A stretch of 64,000 nt of DNA, from IMG/VR virus record IMGVR_UViG_3300017814_000114, positions 28,052 through 92,051 of that record; one strand, written 5' to 3'. The DNA comes from a virus (taxonomy: Duplodnaviria; Caudoviricetes). Positions 29,214-39,974 of the stretch are shown here, one piece after another (positions within the stretch are counted from its first letter, which is position 1; each line of letters opens with the position of its first letter). The position numbers and the translations under genes were made by a program. The notes under the pieces were generated by a model. That model was not told the DNA's origin. It worked only from the letters and a program-made list of their open reading frames with translations, and ran no database searches.

Positions 29214-29702
29214 ATGAATTTTAAAGAAAAAAACAAAGCGTATAGAGACCTGAAAACTGAACAACACGCTGACGCAGATCTTCATTTGTTATCTCAATTA
29301 GACCCTAACAATACGTCAAACCTGAACAAATTCTCTCGTAATCCAAAATTCTATTCAGGAGACATTCTATACTCTTTACTTGAGCTAACAGATAGAGATA
29401 CCATCATCGCCCATAGACGTGAATGGCTTGTAGAGACACAGACTCATGCAGGCAATGATTCTGAAGTCCCTGCAGATAAGACTGATGGCAACACAGAAGA
29501 AGAACAAAAACAGAATCCAACGAACAATAACTCCGAAGTTCCTCCAGATACAACTGAAGACAGTGCAATGGAAAGACAAAAACAGGATCCCGCAGATAAC
29601 AGTTCCGGAGTTCCTGAGGATCCGGCTGATGACAGCACAGAGAAAGATGAAGATGCAGATGCTTCATCTGGGAGCGACGAAGAACAAAAAAAAAGGAGTT
29701 AA
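29214..29702 (+). CDS. Putative tail assembly chaperone, short product
   Basis: Acidic repeats; ends just after an A9 slippery run. Confidence 0.55.
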   Translation: MNFKEKNKAYRDLKTEQHADADLHLLSQLDPNNTSNLNKFSRNPKFYSGDILYSLLELTDRDTIIAHRREWLVETQTHAGNDSEVPADKTDGNTEEEQKQNPTNNNSEVPPDTTEDSAMERQKQDPADNSSGVPEDPADDSTEKDEDADASSGSDEEQKKRS

Positions 29703-30190
29703 AACCACTATTAAAAGAACAGGAATACCCGAATATCAAGTGGGATAATCTATCTAACAAAAGTGTTCAGATGGCCACTATTCTTTATAATGACCGAATA
29801 AACACTTATAATAGGATGAAGGTTCTCGATACGAAGCTCGACCATCGACCTACAATATCTGCAGTAAGTGAAATGGCTGAACTAAGAATCAGGAACCTTC
29901 TTTGTTTTAAAGAACTTAGATCCTTAAATGACTCCGGAATATTCTTGTATGAACATCCTCTTATTGAGTGCATGTCCGAAAGAGTCGAACTTGAAAAATT
30001 GTTCAAAACGAATCCTTCAGAATTCCTTCATAAGTATAAAAGTGCATCAACCAGTCTGCGGCGCTATGAAGGATATGTTAAGAAGAAGAGGGAAGGGCAC
30101 GAAGTGGATGACCGTTCGCATCTTCAATATTACAGAAATCTTATATCCACTGTTAAAGACATAATAAGCAATAGTAATGAAAAAAATTGA
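29686..30190 (+). CDS. Putative -1 frameshift extension (includes ORF 29771..30190)
   Basis: -1 frame is open from the A9 run (KKELKPLLKEQEYPNIKWDNLSNKSVQ) into MATILYNDR. Confidence 0.6.
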
Positions 30191-31598
30191 AGTATATAAT
30201 GAGGGACAACTTCCTATAGCCCCGGTAGAATCATTTAAAGAACTACAAGAAGACTTCAAAATAAGTGATCCAGAAAAAATATTGAAACTGGAAATGCTAA
30301 TTATCACTAGAGGGTTCAAGTACAGCTTTAAAGTATGGAAGGATCCTGATGGAATTATGTGGATTATTGATGCTCATCAACGAAAGAAAGCATTATTGGA
30401 TCTCAAGAAAAAAGGATATGAAATACCAGATATACCTTACGAACCTATACATGCTGCAGATAAAAAAGAAGCGGTAGAAGAAATCGCTGCATATAACTCT
30501 CAATTCGCGACCATCAATCCCGATACGATACTATTCCAAAAATATAATATTGAAGTTGAGGATCTAGTTCAATTTGGGCTGGGCATAGACTTCTCACATA
30601 TATCGCAAGCCATTAACGGTACAGAACTCATGCAAGATGTACCGATAGAATCAGTACAAGAAGATGACTTTAACTATAATGAAAAACAGAAGGAAAGTCC
30701 TATCATTCCGGGGGATATCATACTCATGGGAAATCATCGTCTGATATGTGCTGATTCAACCAATAAAAAAAACATGGAAAAATTGGTTGATGGATGTCGA
30801 ATAGATCTGGTGGTGACTGATCCACCATACAATGTGAATTATACCGGAGGAACGAAGAAACATCTCAAGATACAGAATGATAACATGGAAGAAGAATGCT
30901 TTCAAAATTTTCTCCATGCTGCTTTTTCTTCTGCGGATTCCGTCATGAAAGCTGGAGCAGCTTTTTATATCTGGTATGCTTCGTCACAGAGTCTCAATTT
31001 CACAACGGCCATGAAAAAAGCCGGATGGCAACATCGACAACAACTCGTATGGAATAAGAATGTATTTATTCTCGGCCGACAAGATTATCAATGGAAACAT
31101 GAAGTGTGTCTTTACGGATGGAAAGATGGAGCGAGCCATTATTTTATTGACACAAGAAATCTCACGACCGTTATAGAGAATGATTACGATATAGATTCGA
31201 TGAGTGTAGATGCGCTTCGGCAACTTGTTCGCGAGATTATGTATAGCACTCCTCCATCGACAGTCATAGATGAGGATAAACCTTTGTTCAACAGAGAACA
31301 TCCGACGATGAAACCAATTCGATTATTTGCCAGACTTATTCACAATTCGAGCAAGCAAGGAGAAAATATACTGGACATGTTCGGTGGAAGTGGAACATCT
31401 CTGATAGCATCCGAGCAACTGAACCGGAAGTGCTTCATGTCTGAACTTGATCCGGTATATTGTGATGTCATCGTTAGACGTTATCACAAAATGTTCCCGG
31501 ATAAAGATATCATATTGATAAGAGAAGGGCACAGCTTTAGCATAGAAGAATCGCATAACATATTGAAGTATGACAGAGAAGAATCTGACATTAAATAA
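30177..31598 (+). CDS. N6-adenine/N4-cytosine DNA methyltransferase with ParB-like N-terminus
   Basis: IIDAHQR, TDPPY, HPTMKP, DMFGGSGT motifs. Confidence 0.92.
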   Translation: MKKIEVYNEGQLPIAPVESFKELQEDFKISDPEKILKLEMLIITRGFKYSFKVWKDPDGIMWIIDAHQRKKALLDLKKKGYEIPDIPYEPIHAADKKEAVEEIAAYNSQFATINPDTILFQKYNIEVEDLVQFGLGIDFSHISQAINGTELMQDVPIESVQEDDFNYNEKQKESPIIPGDIILMGNHRLICADSTNKKNMEKLVDGCRIDLVVTDPPYNVNYTGGTKKHLKIQNDNMEEECFQNFLHAAFSSADSVMKAGAAFYIWYASSQSLNFTTAMKKAGWQHRQQLVWNKNVFILGRQDYQWKHEVCLYGWKDGASHYFIDTRNLTTVIENDYDIDSMSVDALRQLVREIMYSTPPSTVIDEDKPLFNREHPTMKPIRLFARLIHNSSKQGENILDMFGGSGTSLIASEQLNRKCFMSELDPVYCDVIVRRYHKMFPDKDIILIREGHSFSIEESHNILKYDREESDIK

Positions 31599-31902
31599 TA
31601 TCGGCGATAAATATCTCAACCAGGTGAAAAGTTTTGGAGCTCTAGGCTATAGTATCGGAAGGATCCTAGAATTGCTTAATCTCCCAGACAGCGAAGCTAC
31701 GGAACTGAAGTTAAGAATGTCAATGCCGGAAGATATCTACAACAAAGCCTATAGACAAGGCTGTGCAATCGGTGAATACAATGTAGATGTTGAACTTCAT
31801 AAACAAGCAGAGAAGGGTGATATTGATAGTATAAAATTGGAAGAAGAGCGAAACATGATCAAGAAAGAAGATAAACTTAAACGTGAATTATTTGGTGTAT
31901 GA
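31570..31902 (+). CDS. Hypothetical phage protein
   Basis: Overlapping ORF in the packaging operon. Confidence 0.65.
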   Translation: MTEKNLTLNNIGDKYLNQVKSFGALGYSIGRILELLNLPDSEATELKLRMSMPEDIYNKAYRQGCAIGEYNVDVELHKQAEKGDIDSIKLEEERNMIKKEDKLKRELFGV

Positions 31903-32549
31903 ATTACCTTGAAGTTCTTAATAATCTCAACCCAGACATCATAGAAAACTTCCTTGCCACAGGAAAATCCGTAGGAATACCGGAAGATGTGCAACTGTTT
32001 CTGAAGCAAATTCAATGGGCTGCAGAGATATATGAGTATGAAAGAAATATTACTCGAGCAGCAAACGAATTACATAGCAAGATACTCGTTTTGCAGCATA
32101 TGTCAATACCGGTAAGGACCTGCAAGGCCAGAATATATACAGCCCTTCGTTACTTCAATATCGACAATAATGTTTCTATTAAAATATGGGAAAATAATTT
32201 TGCCGACAAATATGAAGATCTCGCCAAGATATGTGCTCTAAAAGGGGAATATAAAGCTCAAAAGTTATGCTATGACCAGGCTCTCGAGTGCCGACGTCGA
32301 GCTAGTGAAGCGGCCGAAACCGATAAAGATTGGGCTCCGGTATTTCTTATTAACGATACTATCCCTATAGAAAAACTTGGATTTAAGAAGAAATCTCTTA
32401 AAGAAATCGCACATAAGAGTAATGAAGGATATTATATACACCTCATAGAATCTCTACCTATTGAGGATGAAGAAAAAAAACGTCTGCTTTCTGATGCGGA
32501 TATCGTGGATGCTAATGTGATAGATATCAATGAAGATGATACAGAATAA
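31899..32549 (+). CDS. Putative terminase small subunit
   Basis: Immediately upstream of the large terminase; helical; positional inference. Confidence 0.5.
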   Translation: MNYLEVLNNLNPDIIENFLATGKSVGIPEDVQLFLKQIQWAAEIYEYERNITRAANELHSKILVLQHMSIPVRTCKARIYTALRYFNIDNNVSIKIWENNFADKYEDLAKICALKGEYKAQKLCYDQALECRRRASEAAETDKDWAPVFLINDTIPIEKLGFKKKSLKEIAHKSNEGYYIHLIESLPIEDEEKKRLLSDADIVDANVIDINEDDTE

Positions 32550-34302
32550 AGAAGAACCTGTTAATATGTATCCTGCCTTCGAAGAATTCTATATGAATCG
32601 AATGCAAATCATGGCCAATCTTATCGATCCGAACATCCTGATCTGTGAAGATGCTCGAGCTGCTGGTAAGACTGAAGGAGTAATGACGCCTCGTATTATA
32701 AAAGTTGCGAATGCCATGCCTGGCGAACTAGGGTTCCTGGTTCATAAGACATACGTAGCCTTGATGACTAACGTATGGCCGAATATAGCGGCAGCCTTGG
32801 CCAGACCGGTACAAGGAGGAACTAGATCCATGCTTCAGTATGGAATAGACTATGTCGTTGGTGAGACAAAGATACCTACACACTTCAAAATGCCAAAATA
32901 TCCAGTCACCTATCCAAAACATAGCATCATCTTTCGTAATGGTTTCCATCTCCAGATGGTCAGTTCCGATCAGCCGGAATCAGTTGCAGGTAGAAGTGGT
33001 GTACACGCGTTCATAGAAGAGATGAAACACAACAAGGGTGAAAAACTGAAGAGCCGATTATTCCCTTCACTTCGTGGATCGTCAATGGATGTAAGAGTAT
33101 GTCCCTATTACCAAGGCATAACCGGAGTAAGTGACACGGCCAGAGTAGACCTCGGTGAAGACGATTGGTTCTATGATTATGAAAAAAATGTTGATAAAGA
33201 TCTGATGGATGAAATCGCAACGGTCGCAACTCATGTGAATCATTATCTTATAATATATTATCGTTGTAGATGCGAACAGCCAAAGACAACTGATCCTATA
33301 CAGATGGAAAAGTTAAGACTAATACAACAGAAGGCTGAAAGACATCTACATATATGGATGCCTCGATTAAATGAGATGAGAAAAGATGCAACGTTCTACA
33401 TTCGTGCCAGCTCGTTCGTTAACAAAGACGTGCTCGGCCCAAAATTCTTTAAGACACAGCTTGAAGCACTCGACATGGATGAATTTCTAACTTCTATCTG
33501 TGCGATACGCCGTAAATCTGTTGTAAACCGATTCTTTGCGTCGTATAATCCGAAAATACATCAATTTTCCGACTCATATATTTATGAATCAATCTTAAAA
33601 CTGGACCTTAAAGAACGATTCATTCTAACAAGTCATTATCTAAAATGGTATGATTGCAGAGATGAGTTGTTATTTGGCTATGACCCGGGACATTTTTCAA
33701 GTCTTGTATGTGCGCAAATGAAACCCAGACGCGACGAATTGAGAGTAATAAAGGAGTTCACTTGCTATTGGCCTTCCGAGCAACCGGAGTTAGCCAAACA
33801 AGTATGGGACTTTTTTGGAGATTCCGAGAAAAACAAACGCATTATCCTATACCACGACCGGGCCGCAAACAAGACGAGAGAAGAATATGAACAGATAACG
33901 ACTGATGCCAGAATGATGAAAAGTGAACTCGAGAGTTATGGCTTCGAAGTCGCAATCATGAACGAAGGTCAGGCAACCATCTACCATTGGCAACAGTTCA
34001 AGTTATTGCAATTTGTCTTCTCAGGACGTAGTCACAGCGTTCCGCACGTGTTGGTCGATGAAAATGAATGTAAGAACCTTTGCAGCTCTATTATGTTATC
34101 ACCACGTAAAGATAAAGACGGCCAGGTACAACTTGACAAGACGAGCGAAAAGAAAGTACCGTTAAAGATGCAAGCGGGACTAACGACACAGCTTGCGAGT
34201 GCTTTTATTTATCTGTTGTATGGCCTATTTGGGGATAAAATAGCAGAAATCAATCCCGATATACCGGATAATTTGCCGAATAATTTCACTTTCGAGAGCT
34301 AA
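32530..34302 (+). CDS. terL: Terminase large subunit
   Basis: Walker A ARAAGKT, Walker B HAFIEE, nuclease motif FGYDPG. Confidence 0.82.
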   Translation: MKMIQNKEEPVNMYPAFEEFYMNRMQIMANLIDPNILICEDARAAGKTEGVMTPRIIKVANAMPGELGFLVHKTYVALMTNVWPNIAAALARPVQGGTRSMLQYGIDYVVGETKIPTHFKMPKYPVTYPKHSIIFRNGFHLQMVSSDQPESVAGRSGVHAFIEEMKHNKGEKLKSRLFPSLRGSSMDVRVCPYYQGITGVSDTARVDLGEDDWFYDYEKNVDKDLMDEIATVATHVNHYLIIYYRCRCEQPKTTDPIQMEKLRLIQQKAERHLHIWMPRLNEMRKDATFYIRASSFVNKDVLGPKFFKTQLEALDMDEFLTSICAIRRKSVVNRFFASYNPKIHQFSDSYIYESILKLDLKERFILTSHYLKWYDCRDELLFGYDPGHFSSLVCAQMKPRRDELRVIKEFTCYWPSEQPELAKQVWDFFGDSEKNKRIILYHDRAANKTREEYEQITTDARMMKSELESYGFEVAIMNEGQATIYHWQQFKLLQFVFSGRSHSVPHVLVDENECKNLCSSIMLSPRKDKDGQVQLDKTSEKKVPLKMQAGLTTQLASAFIYLLYGLFGDKIAEINPDIPDNLPNNFTFES

Positions 34303-34497
34303 TAATTCACGACAATATTTAAATAATTAAAGAAATTGACAACGAAATAATAGCTAAATATATGGTAATTAGAAATTTAAGTCTCACACGAAAAATCTCA
34401 AAAAATGAAAATCTCTACAATCAACACGCCCCGCTAAGAAAGCGAGCTGATGCGCAACCGGTAAAGGTCGTCGGAAATATGACAGACCCCCCGGGGT

Positions 34498-34532
34498 GTC
34501 CTTCATAGTGGTCAACAAAAAATCTATTTTCG
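34498..34532 (+). promoter_or_regulatory. Putative late promoter
   Basis: GTCCTTC-N20-TATTTTCG. Confidence 0.6.
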
Positions 34533-34536
34533 CTGT

Positions 34537-34851
34537 ATGGAAATTGAACTGAAAGGACTGGATGCGTTGGAACTTGCCAGAGAAATAAGCAAAGTACCAG
34601 GGCTTACGTTTAAGATAGCATTCTTCAAGTACTCTCGGACAAAGAACACTGCGTCTAAAAGCCTTGAGATAAAAGAAGGGTGCAAAGTACGCGCTCAACT
34701 TCCCCAGGAAAGATTCTCTATCGATTCAGATAACTTCTTTCTATTCAGTGATGCGAATGGGGATCCTAAGATGTGCTATCGATATCTTATCAGATATATG
34801 GGGTTTCCACAAGACAATTATAAAATGCATAAAATTAAATGGCTATGGTAG
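34537..34851 (+). CDS. Hypothetical phage protein preceding the portal
   Basis: Overlaps the portal start. Confidence 0.65.
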   Translation: MEIELKGLDALELAREISKVPGLTFKIAFFKYSRTKNTASKSLEIKEGCKVRAQLPQERFSIDSDNFFLFSDANGDPKMCYRYLIRYMGFPQDNYKMHKIKWLW

Positions 34852-36308
34852 ATAATATAGAAATGATTGGCAGTGTAGGCAACTACATGGATGAACATAA
34901 TGTGTTTTCGTTCCAATATGGATCTGGTTTCGTTCCCGCAGACACATTTTTCACGAACACGGTGCCTGGTCTGATGGGACAACAGAGATGGCTTTCCATT
35001 CAAGGATACAATGTAGCGATGCGAGGAATGAATAACCTGCAATGCGAAGAATTGGAGGCTGATATAAAGAAGAATCGCCTTCTACCTAAACTAATCAATA
35101 AGCAGTGCACTATGTTATATGGTCATGGGCCTTTTTTATATAAAAGGACATTCGAAAATAATAAGATAAAAAAACAATGGATGGAATTACCAACTGTACA
35201 GGACTGGCTCAACTCTTGGGACCGAAATGGCATGGTGAGTAGTTATACAGATTTTGCGAAGTCGATTATAAAGAACTACTACTATTTTCACGATTTCTTT
35301 GTGATGTGGCGTATGATGAAGGGGAAAATCATTGGTAGAATGCCTATCGCCGGAATGGAATGCCAAGAAAATAAATTTTGTCGGTTGGCCACAATGCGCC
35401 AAGATGTAGCGACACAGCTCGTCGGTTACGGCGATTTAGGGCAGGTAGTACTCGGTAACTGGGCGTATGGTGCATCGAATTTTAAAGTCTATCCTCGCCT
35501 CGATTTGATGGAAGTGGACAATATTAATTATGCCGGTATCTCTCATCACAGAGATATGTCGCCTGGTGATGTTTATGGACTCAATGAAACGCACTCCGGA
35601 GCACTTCCTTATATTCGTGCATCAAATGAGACCCCCAATTATATTAATTCGTTCCTGAAGAACTCTCTGGCCGCTAAGATCCACATCATTATACCGAATG
35701 CGTGGATTGAATCGAAACGCGCACAGATCAAAGATCTTGTACAAGAAAATAAAACGAGAGAAAAAGAAAAAAAGATTCTACTTACTTATAACGACATCGA
35801 GATTGGTACCACATTCAAAGAATCACTCGTTATCGAATATATACAGTCAGAGATGAGAAAATTATCTAAATATCTTTCAGGAGCGGATAACCAAGGCAAA
35901 GCATACGCAAGTATCTCCTTCCTTACCGGCCAACAACAGAAAGAACAACGCTGGCAAATTGAGACTGTCGATCTAAAGTATAAAGAATACATAGAAGCTC
36001 TCATCTCATACGATAAACGCGCCGACGAAGTAATGCTGTCGAGTGTTGGCCTTGACTCATCCATCTCGGCAATATCAAAAGATGGCGTGATCAGTAAATC
36101 AGGATCCGACGTCTATTACAATTATCTCATCTACTTAATGCAGCTGGAACCGGATGATCAGAAATGTAGCGAGCCTTTTAACTGGGCACTTAGACTCAAT
36201 TTCCCAGATCTATACAAACAAGGATATCGCATCGGATTCTACAGAGAAATACCACAACGTCAAGAAGATCTGTCTCCAGATAATAGATTAAATAAGCAAC
36301 AATCATGA
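34839..36308 (+). CDS. Portal protein
   Basis: 489 aa after the terminase; L.G..N.GK and SGSD..Y segments. Confidence 0.75.
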   Translation: MAMVDNIEMIGSVGNYMDEHNVFSFQYGSGFVPADTFFTNTVPGLMGQQRWLSIQGYNVAMRGMNNLQCEELEADIKKNRLLPKLINKQCTMLYGHGPFLYKRTFENNKIKKQWMELPTVQDWLNSWDRNGMVSSYTDFAKSIIKNYYYFHDFFVMWRMMKGKIIGRMPIAGMECQENKFCRLATMRQDVATQLVGYGDLGQVVLGNWAYGASNFKVYPRLDLMEVDNINYAGISHHRDMSPGDVYGLNETHSGALPYIRASNETPNYINSFLKNSLAAKIHIIIPNAWIESKRAQIKDLVQENKTREKEKKILLTYNDIEIGTTFKESLVIEYIQSEMRKLSKYLSGADNQGKAYASISFLTGQQQKEQRWQIETVDLKYKEYIEALISYDKRADEVMLSSVGLDSSISAISKDGVISKSGSDVYYNYLIYLMQLEPDDQKCSEPFNWALRLNFPDLYKQGYRIGFYREIPQRQEDLSPDNRLNKQQS

Positions 36309-37156
36309 TACTAACAGATTATTTCAATTCATTTAAGGAGTTCATGGCGCTGGTACCAGGCGTTGACGTATCTCTTAATTTCGACATATTGAACTCCTCT
36401 GCCGTTTCAGCAAAAAAGCAGATGACAACTATCATTCCCGAATCAGTGTGGAATGTTTGCAACAAGGAACCCAGTAAGACCTATTTGATGACAGCCTTGG
36501 CCAATCTTACCATGGCAAAAGAAGTTCCATACGATACGCTCCGTAAAAGGAAAGCAAATATTGACGTTTATAAGTCAGAGCAGGAAGCAGTAACCCGAGG
36601 TTATATTGACGGATATCTCTGTGCTATGGATTCGCTTATAAACCAGTTGGACACAGATAAACCGGATCCATGGAAAGACACCAACTATTATAAGATGCGG
36701 GAAAAGCTGGTTATTAAAGATACCGAAACTTTCGATTCTTTCTACCCTATCGATATGAGTTATCTTTTCTTTTTCCGGTGCATCCCATTGCAAAAAGAAG
36801 TGATATCACTTAAAACAGGAGATTTACTAGCGCAAATAGAAAATAAAAAAGACGATTTACTCACTGACAAATTAACGAGGTGCATCGTTCTATATACTAT
36901 CGTGCTGGCTCTCCGTCGATTCGATATTGCTGAGTTTCCAAGTACTATCCGTAGCCTTTTCATCGAACAAAAATCACAACGACAAGGAAGCGACGACCAA
37001 AATCGTATCATTCAATTGGCAGAGGACCTCTCTGCGCAAGCAAATGACATCATTCAAAATATTCAATTGGTTTTAGAAGAGCATACACAAGACATCAATG
37101 TCGAGACTCAAACATCGTTCAATCAGCCCGAAGATGGGATATTTCTAATGCCATGA
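36305..37156 (+). CDS. Head-tail connector-like protein (DUF6712-like)
   Basis: Helical protein directly after the portal. Confidence 0.55.
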   Translation: MILTDYFNSFKEFMALVPGVDVSLNFDILNSSAVSAKKQMTTIIPESVWNVCNKEPSKTYLMTALANLTMAKEVPYDTLRKRKANIDVYKSEQEAVTRGYIDGYLCAMDSLINQLDTDKPDPWKDTNYYKMREKLVIKDTETFDSFYPIDMSYLFFFRCIPLQKEVISLKTGDLLAQIENKKDDLLTDKLTRCIVLYTIVLALRRFDIAEFPSTIRSLFIEQKSQRQGSDDQNRIIQLAEDLSAQANDIIQNIQLVLEEHTQDINVETQTSFNQPEDGIFLMP

Positions 37157-38130
37157 ATGATTTTATAGAATTTACGGACAAAAAAGAGGAATCTGTGTTT
37201 CGGATCCCGAATAGGTGGGAATGTTTATCTCCGGATCAATTCGAATATATAATATCACTCGTTAATGAATATGCATCCGGTAAAATATCACTCGTTGAAC
37301 TTCGTACGCTCTACGTGTGCAAAACGATGGGTTGGAAACTACAAAAGATTCATGGTGAAGATTCATGGGCTAATCTGTATTTTTTGGCAGACAAAGTGAC
37401 ATTTCTCTTTGAAATAAAATACGATGACGCCGTGCTGCAACCTTTGACCGCAAAAGAAAGATTACTAGCCAAATCAGTGGTACCGCAACGATTGCCAATT
37501 CATCTACGACGATATCTCGAAAAATACGAATATAAGTTCGTGTTGAAAGATTCGTTCTGCGCACAACTTATACCATCGATCACATTGGATAGAAAAGTTT
37601 ACCATGGTTATTCCGCTTCGTCCGACTTCAATATGCTAACGTGCTCTTTGACCGCTATCCAATATATTGAGGCCAGTGAAATAATATCAAGAGGTAGAGA
37701 ATCTGAATTACTTCCTCTGATAGCTGCTATTTTATATTATCCGGGCAAATACGATTCGGAAGGCGCAAAAAAGTTAGCATCCAAATTTATAAATCTTCCC
37801 GCCGAACAATTATGGGCTATTCTTTTCAATTTCAAGTGCCTTATAAACTTTATATTCAATCAAACGGAATTCAAGCTCCTCACAAAATCAACGCTCAAGA
37901 ACTCGTCTACGATCGTAACCGGAGCTTTGGAGAGCATGTACGAATTATGTGCAGATGGAATCGGCAAGGCATCCGATGTTGAAAACATCAATATCATAAC
38001 TTATCTGACCCTAATACGAAAGAAACTCATTCAGTCTATTAAGACGATGCACAGTTATCAAATGAAGATGAGTGAGATAGAAGAGGAAAGCGGACTTCCC
38101 ATTAACATAATCGAAGAAATACTTAAATAA
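37153..38130 (+). CDS. Hypothetical structural/assembly protein
   Basis: Coupled ORF; IP.RWE.LS..Q N-terminus. Confidence 0.6.
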   Translation: MNDFIEFTDKKEESVFRIPNRWECLSPDQFEYIISLVNEYASGKISLVELRTLYVCKTMGWKLQKIHGEDSWANLYFLADKVTFLFEIKYDDAVLQPLTAKERLLAKSVVPQRLPIHLRRYLEKYEYKFVLKDSFCAQLIPSITLDRKVYHGYSASSDFNMLTCSLTAIQYIEASEIISRGRESELLPLIAAILYYPGKYDSEGAKKLASKFINLPAEQLWAILFNFKCLINFIFNQTEFKLLTKSTLKNSSTIVTGALESMYELCADGIGKASDVENINIITYLTLIRKKLIQSIKTMHSYQMKMSEIEEESGLPINIIEEILK

Positions 38131-38131
38131 T

Positions 38132-38668
38132 ATGGAAATCAAGGATATCTTTCTTTATTTTGCTCAGTTTCCATCTAAGGATGGAGTAATAGCTTCCTTC
38201 ACGAACGGTAGTAGCAATTATCCGGAATATACGAAGCTACTCGAGCAATACAACTCCGGATCCAAAGATCGATTGCCCAATATAGAGGGATTTGTCTTCG
38301 GGCAGAACTTTGACGCGGTAAAAGCTCGTATTGATACAATGACTGGTAATTTTTTATTCGTTGAGGTAGGCGATATAGAATCTACGCAAGATCAAAAAGG
38401 CAATATCAATGACACGATAAAAATAGCTTGTACAATCGCTTATAAAGAAAATCGAGACGCGGACCTTGTAGAACACATGATCGTTTCGGATCAAAGTCTT
38501 AGTCTTATCAATCAGCTTCGTGGAAATCTTTTCAAGGACCAATGCCCATGGTTACGCATGATAGACGGAACGACACAAATACAGCCATTCGTTTCGAGTG
38601 AATTGGCCTCCGTTGGATGGAGCTTCATGTTTAACTTAAAAGGTCAAATATTCGACATAAAAAGATGA
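38132..38668 (+). CDS. Putative tail terminator/completion protein
   Basis: Position and beta-rich C-terminus (VGWSF.F). Confidence 0.45.
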   Translation: MEIKDIFLYFAQFPSKDGVIASFTNGSSNYPEYTKLLEQYNSGSKDRLPNIEGFVFGQNFDAVKARIDTMTGNFLFVEVGDIESTQDQKGNINDTIKIACTIAYKENRDADLVEHMIVSDQSLSLINQLRGNLFKDQCPWLRMIDGTTQIQPFVSSELASVGWSFMFNLKGQIFDIKR

Positions 38669-38682
38669 ATAATCAAAGCTAA

Positions 38683-39072
38683 ATGATTACTGAAGATGCT
38701 ATAAAGAAAACCTTCATCCATCAAATACTTAGACGTGATGCAGCTTTTATCTATGACACTCAAGCCCGAGTGTTGAGAGAGAACTTTACCTCGGAAAGAG
38801 CAGGCAATATGGCTAAATTTTTAGAAAGCCATCCATATAATATATCCGGATCCGGATTAAATATCTGGTATAGCTTTAATATATTTACCTATCTGCGATT
38901 ATTGGATATCAGATTCTCACGTCAGGACATAGGGACTCGTCGTCGCTTAGCGCTCTATAATAGAGTAATATGGGGAAGATTGTACCATCAGACCATCGGA
39001 GATCTGAAATACGGATTAACAGAAGATATCAAGAGGGAAATTGCAGATAAACTTATAAAAGCAAATCTCTAA
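38683..39072 (+). CDS. Putative neck/tail completion protein
   Basis: Basic; YLR.LD and LYNR.IWG motifs; last gene before the cargo island. Confidence 0.5.
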   Translation: MITEDAIKKTFIHQILRRDAAFIYDTQARVLRENFTSERAGNMAKFLESHPYNISGSGLNIWYSFNIFTYLRLLDIRFSRQDIGTRRRLALYNRVIWGRLYHQTIGDLKYGLTEDIKREIADKLIKANL

Positions 39073-39233
39073 AACACATAATCCGAAGTATTTTTAATTC
39101 ATTTTGATAAGTCTATTAATAAAAAAAGTCAATAAAATAATAGTAATAGTAATATAATTATTATCTTCGCAGTCGAAAACGATATAAAGATAATACACAT
39201 AAATATCGATAATATCCTTAGTCATACCGATTT

Positions 39234-39974
39234 ATGAATAATAGAAGATTAAAATCAATAGAGAAGTGTCCTATCATAGATTCTACAATTGAAATAAGAT
39301 TTGAGACATCAATGGATAGTAATGCAGTCTTTGGCGTTATTTATGGTCAAATTTTGGATATGTATAAAGGTAGAGTCCAAAATCTTCCTGAATCTCAGTT
39401 ACCTGCTGCCGTACGTGAATCTAACCCTGTATTACGATACAAACCATTATACAAAATCGAAGGAGAAAAAACGATTATTCAAATAGGCACTAATGTTATA
39501 GACATAGGCTCTAAATTACCTTATATAGGATGGACTGATTTTTCATCAATATTTATGCAAGTCATTAAAAAAATATGTGCGAACACCCAAATTATAAGTC
39601 GAGTTACAAGGTTCGGAATAAGATATCTAGATTTCTTTGAAGGAGACATCAAGGATAAAATCACAATGAAACTAGAAATGGACAAGAAATATAGTCCTAT
39701 AAATGAGTTTATCCGTTCAACCATTAAAAATAACGATTTTTATAGTGTGATACAATTCTATAACAGCGCTAATTATAACGATCCCGTAACAGGGAAAAAT
39801 TTATTAGGATCTGTTATTGATGTAGATACTAATAGAGAATACGCGACCCCCTATTTTTTGGATAATATTGAAAACGAAATAAAAGAGGGACATGATTCAA
39901 ATAAAGATTTATTTGTCTCGACATTAGAACCTGCTTTTTTAAAATCTTTAAATCCCCAATATTACGATGATTGA
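39234..39974 (+). CDS. TIGR04255-family protein
   Basis: PI.....EIRF, Y.GW..F, R.GIRY.D, IDVD motifs; TATCTTCG box at 39162..39169. Confidence 0.8.
   Translation: MNNRRLKSIEKCPIIDSTIEIRFETSMDSNAVFGVIYGQILDMYKGRVQNLPESQLPAAVRESNPVLRYKPLYKIEGEKTIIQIGTNVIDIGSKLPYIGWTDFSSIFMQVIKKICANTQIISRVTRFGIRYLDFFEGDIKDKITMKLEMDKKYSPINEFIRSTIKNNDFYSVIQFYNSANYNDPVTGKNLLGSVIDVDTNREYATPYFLDNIENEIKEGHDSNKDLFVSTLEPAFLKSLNPQYYDD

Noticed and set aside
30177-31598. Restriction-modification system
   Set aside because: No cognate nuclease nearby; orphan ParB-methyltransferases beside terminase genes are common in phages
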